From positions 18,998 to 82,997 of the forward strand of contig JAQVJV010000002.1 in NCBI GenBank assembly GCA_028695025.1: a DNA stretch of 64,000 bases, in the 5' to 3' direction. Below, piece by piece: positions 11,166-19,570 of the stretch (position 1 is the first letter of the stretch; each line of letters starts with the position of its first letter). Made by a program: the position numbers and the translations under genes. This DNA comes from Candidatus Moraniibacteriota bacterium. GTDB taxonomy: Bacteria > Patescibacteriota > Minisyncoccia > Moranbacterales > UBA11712. A model generated the notes under the pieces. It had not been told where the DNA came from. It worked only from the letters and a program-made list of their open reading frames with translations, and ran no database searches.

Positions 11166-12614
11166 TCAAATTTCCCACACCTTCTCCAAAATATAATACA
11201 AATTCTCATCGCCCTTTCCGGTCGGGAGCTCCGCGCGCCGGGTTTCGATGATCTTGAATCCGGTGAGGCGGGCGAGGTTTTCGATGTCTTCAGGAGAATA
11301 GCAATAGCGGGTGGAAAAATGTTCTCCATTGGGAGAATCGTGAACTGTTCCTTCACGGATGTTGTATATGCCTTTCGCGTTCATCAATTTTTTGTATTCC
11401 CCGACATTTTCGGCATAAACCCCTTTTTCCCGGTCGGGTATGTCGAAGACAAATTTTCCTCCCGGCTTCAAGATGCGCGCGGCTTCGCGGAAAAGCCGGA
11501 CTTGCCCGGGAAGGGAGTATTCATGGAGGATGTTTCTTCCGAGCGAATAAACCGCGTCGAATTCCCGGTCTTCGTAGGGCGTATGGTGCCAGTCTTCTAT
11601 GGAAACGCGGGCGTTGGGGTCTTGTTTTTTTATCTCCTCGATATTTTCCGGTGTGATATCATATCCGGAAATTTCATAGCCGGCTTTTTTCATCTCAAGT
11701 AGCAGTCTTCCCGTTCCACATCCGGATTCGAGCACCTTGCTTCCCGGAGAAATGATTTCTTTGAGAAGAGAAACTTCTTTCTCATTGAGTTCCTTGTTGA
11801 GTTGGTGTTCTTTGATGTTGAATTTTCGATAAAAATCCTCAAGTTTTGCAAAAACCTCCTTGTCTTTGGTGGGGACGAGATAGGCGCGGGCGTTTTTCAA
11901 ATTTTCAGCCGCGTTTTGGTCATTTTCCTTTTCGCTCTTGATAATGAGGCCGTTGATTTTCTTGAGAGCCTCTCCCGCGCCGATGAGGTCGGTGAAGAGG
12001 ATAATGGTGAATTCATTTTTTTGTCCAAGAGGTTTTTGTTCGAGATGGCCAAGTAACTTTGTGGAAGAATATTCAGTGTCATAATCCATTATCAATTTGA
12101 TAAAAATTCTTTTCGTTCCGTCAATATCGCCCGGAAATGTTTCTATGAGCCTGGAAATTATGTCGATATTGTCTCTTCTCAAAGATGCGTTTTCCCGTTG
12201 AGATTGAAGCATTGCTCCAATAGACATTGTAAGCGGTCCTTCTCCACCGCGGTGGCGGTCATTTTTTTCCAAATCAAAATGTTTTGCGTAAGTCTCAATC
12301 GTTCTTTTCGCCATACCATAGCTGTCCAGTGGCGATTCTTTTCTGAAATAAACGTGCAATTTTTCCTCGAGAAAAAAGAGGAGCTTTGTTTTCCAGAATT
12401 TCATTGCGGCGATATCATGCGCCGCGTGTTCTCCCAAGGCATTTTTTGTCTTTTCATCAATTTCGAATTCAAGTATTCGGACCAAGAAATCCGGATCGTA
12501 TCTGACTTCAGAAGATTTTGCAATACTCTCTATCTTCCGCAGTTTCTCTTGAAAGTTTTCTATGATTGTTTTTGGAGAATCTATTTTGATTTTTTCCGGA
12601 TGTTCTTTTTCCAT
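11166..12614 (-). CDS. Two-domain protein: unknown N-terminal domain fused to a class I SAM-dependent methyltransferase
   Basis: C-terminal VLESGCGTGRLLLEMKKAGYEISGYDIT...DAVYSLGRNILHEY...LKPGGKFVF (motifs I, post-I, II). The first ~280 aa match no family I recognise; it contains a GEHAAHDIA motif. Confidence 0.7.
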   Translation of the reverse strand: MEKEHPEKIKIDSPKTIIENFQEKLRKIESIAKSSEVRYDPDFLVRILEFEIDEKTKNALGEHAAHDIAAMKFWKTKLLFFLEEKLHVYFRKESPLDSYGMAKRTIETYAKHFDLEKNDRHRGGEGPLTMSIGAMLQSQRENASLRRDNIDIISRLIETFPGDIDGTKRIFIKLIMDYDTEYSSTKLLGHLEQKPLGQKNEFTIILFTDLIGAGEALKKINGLIIKSEKENDQNAAENLKNARAYLVPTKDKEVFAKLEDFYRKFNIKEHQLNKELNEKEVSLLKEIISPGSKVLESGCGTGRLLLEMKKAGYEISGYDITPENIEEIKKQDPNARVSIEDWHHTPYEDREFDAVYSLGRNILHEYSLPGQVRLFREAARILKPGGKFVFDIPDREKGVYAENVGEYKKLMNAKGIYNIREGTVHDSPNGEHFSTRYCYSPEDIENLARLTGFKIIETRRAELPTGKGDENLYYILEKVWEI

Positions 12615-12644
12615 GATGCCATTATATCATTTTCGAAATAAAAA

Positions 12645-12682
12645 AAGGAGAAAGCCGGCGCGTGGTTGGCGCGAGCTTTCTC
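12645..12682 (-). terminator. Rho-independent terminator after the 126-aa ORF
   Basis: GGAGAAAGCCGGCGCGTGGTTGGCGCGAGCTTTCTCC hairpin. On the minus strand it is followed by a T-run (plus AAAAAAAGG at 12651-12659). Confidence 0.6.
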
Positions 12683-12782
12683 CCAAAACCCTAGTGGCTC
12701 GTTTTTGTTGAAGCGGATCCGATAACCGCTGAATTTTTCACGCGAAGTGTTTGCCATCAGGCTGGAGTCGCGACATCTCCTT

Positions 12783-13163
12783 CTATTTTTTCTGCCAACC
12801 TTCCGAAGGCGACCACTGCCAGCCGCCCTCAAAAGACTTGTTTTTCAGGAAAGGAACGTGATCCTCTATCTCGCTCCTTCCCTCCCAGACAAAGTCGGAA
12901 AGTTTGAGCTTTCCGGCTTTGTCTGAGTATTGATAAACTGTCGGGCGACGGTGGTCGCCCGGGGCACAATAGACGACGACTTCTATGTCGCCATCTATTG
13001 CCTCGAACTCGACCATGTCGAATGGCCGAGTTGACCCCTTTGTGGGGGTCGGGTTGGAACCGTCGGCACGGTATTCGTGCCGCCATACCCAATTCTTTAT
13101 TTCCGTAATCATTTTCCCTCCGCCCGCCGTCCGTGGCAGGCAACTTTTTTGAATTCTTTTCAA
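12783..13163 (-). CDS. Hypothetical protein
   Basis: 126-aa ORF in a locally GC-rich stretch. No recognisable motifs. Alternative start near 13112. Confidence 0.35.
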   Translation of the reverse strand: MKRIQKSCLPRTAGGGKMITEIKNWVWRHEYRADGSNPTPTKGSTRPFDMVEFEAIDGDIEVVVYCAPGDHRRPTVYQYSDKAGKLKLSDFVWEGRSEIEDHVPFLKNKSFEGGWQWSPSEGWQKK

Positions 13164-13291
13164 TTCCGCGCCAGTGTAAGTTTTCCTTTGCGCGGGATTG
13201 TTTCTTTCGGCGAATCGCCGCAGGAATTGTGAAAATGTTTTCGCAGCTCTTGCAGCGATTCACCCTTATTCAATTTTCAAAGATCTTTTCC

Positions 13292-13311
13292 TCCAGCACT
13301 AACTTTGGACT
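13292..13311. repeat. Left 20-bp perfect inverted repeat TCCAGCACTAACTTTGGACT
   Basis: Exact reverse complement of 13571-13590. Confidence 0.9.
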
Positions 13312-13322
13312 ATAATGCATTT

Positions 13323-13583
13323 ATGCATTATGTATATTTTCTAAAAAATGAATCTGGTGAAATATATATTGGATGCACTAGCGATTTGAGAAAAAGATTG
13401 ATCGAACACAATCGCGGTTATTCCAATTATACTCGCGGTCATCAATGGAAACTCGTTTACTATGAAGCCTACTTTTCAAGAATTGATGCCGAGACAAGAG
13501 AGAAAAGGCTCAAATATCACGGACAGGCTTTGGCTCAATTAAAGAGGCGCATAAAGAAAAGTTTCCTTTCAGTCCAAAGTTAG
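13323..13583 (+). CDS. GIY-YIG nuclease family protein (YhbQ/UPF0213-like)
   Basis: MHYVYFLKNESGEIYIGCTSDLRKRLIEHN carries the GIY-YIG signature. The ORF track starts at TTG 13305; ATG 13323 is preferred. The stop codon lies inside the right inverted repeat. Confidence 0.8.
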   Translation: MHYVYFLKNESGEIYIGCTSDLRKRLIEHNRGYSNYTRGHQWKLVYYEAYFSRIDAETREKRLKYHGQALAQLKRRIKKSFLSVQS

Positions 13584-13590
13584 TGCTGGA
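13571..13590. repeat. Right 20-bp perfect inverted repeat AGTCCAAAGTTAGTGCTGGA
   Basis: Exact reverse complement of 13292-13311. Confidence 0.9.
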
Positions 13591-13686
13591 TCCACAAAAA
13601 TGCCAATGAGTCGGGGATTGATAAGAAGAGAGTAAATAATCAATCACATGCCAACTCACTGGCATATTTGAGGCTCTCTTCTTGAG

Positions 13687-13812
13687 GCTTGTTTTTTTAA
13701 TAAGCCTGACCTCTTGCTCAACGAATTGAGCAAGAGAACCACTTATTACTTCCGGAACGGTTGCCGGAAGGCGAAGCAGTTTCGTTTCCGCACTCTTTAT
13801 CTCTCTTCTTGC
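13687..13812 (+). ncRNA. Candidate structured RNA region (hairpins; SRP-RNA-domain-IV-like GCC-GGAA-GGC...AAGCAG motif)
   Basis: No credible ORF in the ~560-bp span 13600-14170. Perfect 11-bp hairpin CTCTTGCTCAA-CGAA-TTGAGCAAGAG at 13711-13737. CGGAAC...GTTTCG helix enclosing TTGCC-GGAA-GGCGAAGCAG. Speculative. Confidence 0.2.
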
Positions 13813-14074
13813 TAGTCTGTTATAAAGAATGTTTGGGTATTCCCTCTGCTTCGTGGCCGTTGAAAGCCGTTTCATCAGAGGATATTCTTCCCTAAGAGCT
13901 TATTATCCTGCGATAAAACTGGACTATTTGATTATTTGCTGAAAGAACTCTCTTCTTAGCCAGCTGCTTTTTCAGCTTGACTGGGTAGTATAGCATTTTG
14001 TAGACGGATTGTCAAGATTAGGGTCAAAAATATTTGAGATTTGAGATGATAGTCTTGAGAAATGGGCTTATATA

Positions 14075-14103
14075 TTGACAAATATGGCTGTTTCTGCTAG
14101 AAT
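14075..14103 (+). promoter_or_regulatory. Putative sigma70 promoter for TrmB-like regulator 2 (TTGACA, 17 bp, TAGAAT)
   Basis: TTGACA 14075-14080 and TAGAAT 14098-14103. GCTTATATATTG... is homologous to the promoter region at 262-302. Confidence 0.55.
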
Positions 14104-14173
14104 ATAAATAACGACCTAAAGACCGACAAATATCGCATAACGCGTAACTCGTAACGCAAAACGCAACAAACGG

Positions 14174-14926
14174 ATGCTATCTAACGATCTCGAAAAACTG
14201 GGCTTGAGCGACAAGGAAGCCAAAGTATATTTGGCGGTTTTGGAGTTGGGGGAGGGAAATATCGCCCAAATTGCCAAAAAATCGGGCGTGAAGCGGACGA
14301 CAGTCTATGATATCGCGCTCTCGCTAAAAAGTAAGAATTTATTGCTGGAAACCATGAAAGGCAAAAAAAATATCTATTCCGCCGAAGATCCCCGGAAATT
14401 GGACGATGTCTATGACGAGCGAAAGGCGACGCTCAAAAAGATTTTGCCGGAACTGCTTTCAGTCATGAACGCGATTGAGAAAAAGCCGCGCATCCGATAT
14501 TTTGAGGGCGCGGAAGGAATCAAGGAAGTTTATAAAGACACGCTCAAATATCCCGACCAGGAAATCCAGGCTTGGGTGACGAGTGAAGCGATGACCAAAT
14601 TCGACGTTGAATGGCTCGAAAAATATTATGTGCCCAAGCGCCTTGAGAAAAAAATCTGGGCGCGGGTGATTGCGCCAAAAACAGAGGAGGTTGTCGATTA
14701 TCAAGAACGCGATGAAAAGTCTTTGCGGCAAACACGATTGGTCGACCCGAAAGAATTTCCCATGGAAGTGGAGATCAATCTCTATGGCGGGCGGAACATC
14801 GGGGTCATGGCTTTTGGCGAGCAGATGGGCCTTGTCATTGAGAGCCGGAAGATATACAAAACGCTTAAGAGCATATTTGAGCTTGGCTGGAAATCTCTCG
14901 AAAAATATGCTAAGATGAATCAGTAA
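14174..14926 (+). CDS. TrmB-family transcriptional regulator (paralog 2)
   Basis: LSDKEAKVYLAVLELGEGNIAQIAKKSGVKRTTVYDIALSLKSKNLL wHTH. The C-terminus aligns with paralog 1 (KKIWARV..., ...VIESRKIYKTLKSIFE). Confidence 0.7.
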   Translation: MLSNDLEKLGLSDKEAKVYLAVLELGEGNIAQIAKKSGVKRTTVYDIALSLKSKNLLLETMKGKKNIYSAEDPRKLDDVYDERKATLKKILPELLSVMNAIEKKPRIRYFEGAEGIKEVYKDTLKYPDQEIQAWVTSEAMTKFDVEWLEKYYVPKRLEKKIWARVIAPKTEEVVDYQERDEKSLRQTRLVDPKEFPMEVEINLYGGRNIGVMAFGEQMGLVIESRKIYKTLKSIFELGWKSLEKYAKMNQ

Positions 14927-14970
14927 ATAATATCTTTAAATTACTCTTATTCCTCCAATATTCCTCCAAA

Positions 14971-15006
14971 CCCCCTCTCTAGTCTCCCCCTTGGCAGGGG
15001 GAGAGG
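14971..15006. repeat. Palindromic repeat variant (CCCCCTCTCTAGTCTCCCCCTTGGCAGGGGGAGAGG)
   Basis: CTCCCCC/GGGGGAG stem with loop TTGGCA. Sits between trmB2 and ftsK. Related to the CCCCCTTT...AAAGGGGG subfamily. Confidence 0.6.
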
Positions 15007-15029
15007 ATATGGAGTAATTTATTTCTTAG

Positions 15030-17321
15030 ATGGGCAGAAAAAAGAAAAAAGACAAAGAAAAAAACGGGAACGGCGGCGGAAATGGAAATGGCGGCGGGCT
15101 ATCGGCCCTCAAAAGCGACACAAAGCGGTCCATCATCGCTGTTTTTCTGATTGCCTTTGCACTGCTTGCCGTTTTCAGCCTTTTCGGCGGAGCGGGAACT
15201 TTTGGAAAATATCTCGACAAAGGTTTGGGTCTTGCACTTGGAATCGGGCGGTATATTTTGCCGGTGCTTCTTATTGCGGTCGGGTTCCTTTATTTCCGCC
15301 GGGACGAGGAGGCGTATTACGTCTTTGTGGCGGTGGGCTTTTTTCTGTTCCTTGCGAGCATCCTTGGCACGGTCCATATTTTCTATCCTCTTGAAAAAAT
15401 GGTAGCGGCGGCAAAAGCCGGGCAGGGCGGCGGATTTTTGGGGGCGGCGCTTGCCTATCCCGCGCTCAAGTTTTTCGGCTTTTCGGCTAGCCTTATTGTT
15501 TTGGTAGCGGTGGCTCTTGCTTCGCTTCTTCTCGCGCTCAATATGCCGCTTCGGGCGCTTTTCCGGCCGATGGAATGGATGAAATGGAAGAAGGAGAATG
15601 ATGAGGAAGATGAACCGGCTGATGCCAAAGCCGCGGCGAGCAAAGAAAAAAAAGGGTCGGTATATATTGAAGAAAAACCTTCAACAGCGGCAAGAATCAG
15701 CGAGCTTCTCAAGCGAAAAACGGAAAAACCGGATGTTCCCGAAAGAAAAGCGCCGATGGTTGACCGGCAAAGGACGATCGCCGGATGGAAATTGCCGCCG
15801 CTTGACCTTCTTGAACGCTCGAGCGGGAAAGCGAAGCCCGGCGACATTGAAGCCAACGCCAAAACCATCCAGGAGACTTTTAAAAATTTCGGGATCGAAG
15901 TGGAGATCGGGGATATCAGCGTCGGTCCGTCCGTAACACAGTATTGTTTTAAGCCGGCGGCGGGGATCCGGCTTTCGAAGATCACCGGCCTCAACAATAA
16001 TCTGTCTCTCGCGCTCGCGGCGCATCCGATCCGGATCGAGGCGCCGATTCCCGGCAAGTCTCTTATTGGAATCGAAGTGCCGAACAAGACGTCGACGATG
16101 GTGCGCCTGCGCGATCTCATCGAAAGCGATGAATTTGCGGAGAGAAAATCGAATCTCACGCTTTGTCTTGGAAAAGACGTGGCCGGGAACTATATCTTGG
16201 GGGATCTCACTGAAATGCCGCACTTGATGATTGCCGGAGCGACCGGAACCGGAAAAAGTGTGGGGATCAATACGATCATTACGTCACTTCTCTATCAAAA
16301 CTCACCGGATGATTTGAAGCTCATTTTGGTTGACCCGAAGCGGGTGGAACTCACGGGATACAACGGCATTCCGCATCTTCTGACTCCGACGGTAGTAGAG
16401 AATGGGAAGGTGGCGAATGCTCTCAAGTGGGCGGTGGGAGAAATGGAGCGACGCTACAAAACGCTCCAGGAAGCCGGATCGAGGGATATCCATTCGTATA
16501 ACGGAAAAATCAGGGTCGGCCAGAAGAAAGAAATCATCGACGAAGAAACCGGAGAGGTGGTTGGCGAAGAGGAAGTGAAACGTTTGCCGTTCATTGTCAT
16601 CATCATCGACGAGCTGGCCGATATCATGGCCTCCCACTCGAAAGAAGTGGAGGCGGCGATCGTGCGCCTCGCGCAGATGGCGCGGGCGGTGGGAATCCAT
16701 CTCATTGTTTCGACCCAGCGGCCGTCGGTGGAAGTTCTCACCGGCCTCATCAAGGCCAACATCACGACGCGCATCGCTTTCCAGGTCGCGACACAGATCG
16801 ATTCGCGGACGATCCTTGATATGTCGGGAGCGGAAAAATTGCTCGGGAACGGGGATATGCTTTTCCTTTCCGCCCGGTCGCCCAAACCGCGGCGCATCCA
16901 AGGCGTTTTTGTTTCGGAATCGGAAGTGAAGCGGGTGGTGAAATCGATCAAGGGCCAATTGGAAGGAGAGGTGGAATATGACGATGAAGTGACGGCTCCC
17001 CAGCGGGTGAGTCTTGGCGGAAAAATGACGGGCGGGACGGGCGAAGAAGACGGGGATGATCTCTATGAAGATGCCAAAGACACGGTGGTGAAATCCGGGA
17101 AAGCCTCGGCCTCGCTTCTTCAGCGACGCCTTCGGGTGGGATATGCCCGGGCGGCGCGGCTTCTTGACCTTTTGGAAGCCAACGGCGTGATCGGGCCGGC
17201 GGACGGATCGAAAGCCCGGGAAATATTGGTTGATGGGCCGATGGCGCCTGCGTCTTCAGCCGAAGTTGAGTACGAGGACGAATTGGCCGACCAGTCAAAA
17301 AGGGACCGTTGGCAGATGTGA
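15030..17321 (+). CDS. ftsK: DNA translocase FtsK/SpoIIIE
   Basis: N-terminal Gly/Asn-rich tail and TM helices. Walker A GATGTGKSV. RLAQMARAVGIHLIVSTQRPS. C-terminal gamma (winged-helix) domain. Confidence 0.95.
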   Translation: MGRKKKKDKEKNGNGGGNGNGGGLSALKSDTKRSIIAVFLIAFALLAVFSLFGGAGTFGKYLDKGLGLALGIGRYILPVLLIAVGFLYFRRDEEAYYVFVAVGFFLFLASILGTVHIFYPLEKMVAAAKAGQGGGFLGAALAYPALKFFGFSASLIVLVAVALASLLLALNMPLRALFRPMEWMKWKKENDEEDEPADAKAAASKEKKGSVYIEEKPSTAARISELLKRKTEKPDVPERKAPMVDRQRTIAGWKLPPLDLLERSSGKAKPGDIEANAKTIQETFKNFGIEVEIGDISVGPSVTQYCFKPAAGIRLSKITGLNNNLSLALAAHPIRIEAPIPGKSLIGIEVPNKTSTMVRLRDLIESDEFAERKSNLTLCLGKDVAGNYILGDLTEMPHLMIAGATGTGKSVGINTIITSLLYQNSPDDLKLILVDPKRVELTGYNGIPHLLTPTVVENGKVANALKWAVGEMERRYKTLQEAGSRDIHSYNGKIRVGQKKEIIDEETGEVVGEEEVKRLPFIVIIIDELADIMASHSKEVEAAIVRLAQMARAVGIHLIVSTQRPSVEVLTGLIKANITTRIAFQVATQIDSRTILDMSGAEKLLGNGDMLFLSARSPKPRRIQGVFVSESEVKRVVKSIKGQLEGEVEYDDEVTAPQRVSLGGKMTGGTGEEDGDDLYEDAKDTVVKSGKASASLLQRRLRVGYARAARLLDLLEANGVIGPADGSKAREILVDGPMAPASSAEVEYEDELADQSKRDRWQM

Positions 17322-17404
17322 TATTATGAGGTATAATATCAAAAAACAAACACAAAATAAGAAAAGCAGGAATTTCCTGTTTTTATAGTGGGAAAAAATA
17401 AAAA

Positions 17405-17500
17405 GTCAAACGTCAAAAGTCAAAAATTCAAGTCAAAATTAAAAAATTTCTAGTTTTGCAACGTGATTTTGATTTTTGATTTTTGAACTTTGAATTTCTA
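17405..17500. repeat. Heptad-spaced direct repeats GTCAAA(A) x4 followed by TTTTGA(T/A) x3-4
   Basis: GTCAAA at 17407, 17414, 17421 and 17434. ATTTTGATTTTTGATTTTTGAACTTTGAATTT at 17468-17499. AT-rich region upstream of the rodZ-like gene. Confidence 0.6.
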
Positions 17501-17502
17501 TT

Positions 17503-18495
17503 ATGTTTCGTGGTTTTACCCAAAAAAAAGTGAATTCATATACTCTGGGCGAGCAACTTCGGAATTTGAGGAGCGAAGGGCGCGTGACGCTCCATGAGGT
17601 TTCGCGGGATACGAAGATCCCCATGAAATATCTGGAAAAGATTGAAAGCGGGTGTTATGAAGAATTGCCGCCGGATGTCTATGTGAAAGGGTTTCTTCGG
17701 GCGTATGCCGAGTTCCTGGGAGTCGATCCGAAAAAAATTATCAGCCTTTATGAACGGGAAAAGGAGATAAAAAGCAACCTTTGTTCCGAAGAAAAGAAAA
17801 CTCCGGTGAAGAAGGCCAAAAAACCGGCAAGTTTGGTCATCACTCCCCGCTATTTGGCGGTGGCGGTGATCGTCATTGCCATTGTTGGCGGATTTTCCTA
17901 TCTCTATAACCAAGTCGGGCGGTTTGCGGCGGTTCCGCGGCTGGTGATCACCTCTCCTGCCAGTGACGAATCCGTGCCCGGGAACTCAATTTCCGTTTCC
18001 GGCTTCACGGATGAAGATGCGAAGCTCACCATAAACGGCCAGCCGGTTTTGGTGAGCGACAGGGGAGAATTCAAAGAGGATATTCTTCTCCAAAACGGAG
18101 TGAACGCGGTGACGATTTCGGCCGAAAACCGTTTCGAGAAAAAAATATCAAAGATTTTGAATATCAAGTCGGACTACCAAGCGCCGGAAGTGGCGAACGG
18201 CGGCGATGAAAACGGAAAAGTGATCGGGGAGCAGGACGAAAAGAGGGAAGGGGTGAATATCACGGTGCGGGCGGATGCCAATCCAGTCTGGATTTCAGTG
18301 GAAGCGGATGGGAATTTGGTCTATTCCGGGACGATGCTCCCGGGGGCGGTCCAGGATTTCAAGGGGGACAAGGAAGTGCGGATCACCAGCGGGAAGGCCA
18401 ATCAGACTTTCATCAAAGTGAACGGAAAAGACGAAAAAGTGCTGGCCGATACGCCGGGAATCGTGAGAGATGTTGTGTTTGGACCAAATGACTAA
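17503..18495 (+). CDS. RodZ-like cytoskeleton protein (HTH_XRE + TM + C-terminal DUF4115-like)
   Basis: N-terminal HTH LGEQLRNLRSEGRVTLHEVSRDTKIPMKYLEKIESG, then a single TM helix and an extracytoplasmic domain. Confidence 0.6.
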   Translation: MFRGFTQKKVNSYTLGEQLRNLRSEGRVTLHEVSRDTKIPMKYLEKIESGCYEELPPDVYVKGFLRAYAEFLGVDPKKIISLYEREKEIKSNLCSEEKKTPVKKAKKPASLVITPRYLAVAVIVIAIVGGFSYLYNQVGRFAAVPRLVITSPASDESVPGNSISVSGFTDEDAKLTINGQPVLVSDRGEFKEDILLQNGVNAVTISAENRFEKKISKILNIKSDYQAPEVANGGDENGKVIGEQDEKREGVNITVRADANPVWISVEADGNLVYSGTMLPGAVQDFKGDKEVRITSGKANQTFIKVNGKDEKVLADTPGIVRDVVFGPND

Positions 18496-18522
18496 GCTAA
18501 AATTTTAAATTCATATATAGAC

Positions 18523-19518
18523 ATGACAAAAGAAACTGAAAACAAAGAAATCAAGCTTGAAGAAACCGTGAAAGAAATCAAAGATCGTTTTGGCGAGGGG
18601 TCGATTATGAAATTGGGGGAGGTGAAAAAAGTGGATATAGCGGCGATTCCGACCGGTTCGCCTTCGCTTGATATCGCCCTTGGGATCGGCGGAGTGCCGA
18701 GGGGGCGCATCATTGAAGTATATGGCCCCGAATCATCGGGGAAGACAACTCTTACTCTCCATATTGTTGCGAACGCCCAAAAGGCGGGCGGGTCGGCGGC
18801 TTTCATCGATGCCGAACACGCGCTTGATCCCGCGTATGCCAAAAAAATCGGCGTGAATTTGAACGACCTTTTAATCTCGCAACCGGACAACGGCGAACAG
18901 GCGCTTGATATTGTCGAGACGCTTGTGAAATCGAATGCGGTGGACGTGATTGTGGTTGATTCAGTGGCGGCGCTCACCCCCCAGGCGGAAATCGAAGGTG
19001 AAATGGGGGATTCGCACATGGGTCGGCAGGCCCGGCTCATGTCGCAAGCTCTTCGCAAGCTCACAGCGATCGGAGCGAAAAGCAACGTGACGATCATTTT
19101 CATCAATCAGATCCGGATGAAGATCGGAGTGGTGTTTGGGAACCCGGAAACGACGACTGGCGGAAACGCGCTCAAGTTCTATTCCTCCGTCCGCATCGAA
19201 GTGCGGCGCGCGGCCCAGATCAAGCAGGGAGACCAGATTGTGGGAAACCGGGTGAAAGTGAAAGTGGTGAAAAACAAAGTGGCGCCTCCTTTCCAGACGG
19301 CGGAGTTTGATATCATGTATAACGAAGGTATTTCAAAAGAGGGGGATCTTATTGATACGGGGGTGAAATACGGGGCGGTTGCGAAAACCGGAAATTCCTT
19401 TTCTTTCGGCGAGGTGAAACTTGGCGTCGGACGGGAAAAAGCGAAGCAATTTCTGCGGGATAACCCGAAAGTTTATAAGGAAATTGAAAAAGCGTTGAAA
19501 GAAAAGATCAAAGAATAA
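18523..19518 (+). CDS. recA: Recombinase A
   Basis: [13 protein letters not shown] Walker [35 protein letters not shown]. 331 aa. Confidence 0.97.
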   Translation: MTKETENKEIKLEETVKEIKDRFGEGSIMKLGEVKKVDIAAIPTGSPSLDIALGIGGVPRGRIIEVYGPESSGKTTLTLHIVANAQKAGGSAAFIDAEHALDPAYAKKIGVNLNDLLISQPDNGEQALDIVETLVKSNAVDVIVVDSVAALTPQAEIEGEMGDSHMGRQARLMSQALRKLTAIGAKSNVTIIFINQIRMKIGVVFGNPETTTGGNALKFYSSVRIEVRRAAQIKQGDQIVGNRVKVKVVKNKVAPPFQTAEFDIMYNEGISKEGDLIDTGVKYGAVAKTGNSFSFGEVKLGVGREKAKQFLRDNPKVYKEIEKALKEKIKE

Positions 19519-19533
19519 AATTGAATGCCAATC

Positions 19534-19570
19534 AAAAAACTCCGGTTGCGAATGCGCCGGAGTTTTCTTG
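19534..19570. terminator. Bidirectional rho-independent terminator between recA and efp
   Basis: ACTCCGGTTGCGAATGCGCCGGAGT hairpin flanked by an A-run on the 5' side and a T-run on the 3' side. Confidence 0.6.

Noticed and set aside
13687-13812. Confident call of SRP (4.5S) RNA
   Set aside because: Only the domain-IV-like core resembles SRP RNA. There is one extra nucleotide relative to the consensus GGAAGCAG, and the closing helices are not clean. Kept only as a low-confidence candidate.
15455-16958. Minus-strand ORFs (234, 180, 218, 165 aa) within ftsK
   Set aside because: Antisense to ftsK, and R/S/P-rich artefacts of a GC-richer coding region.
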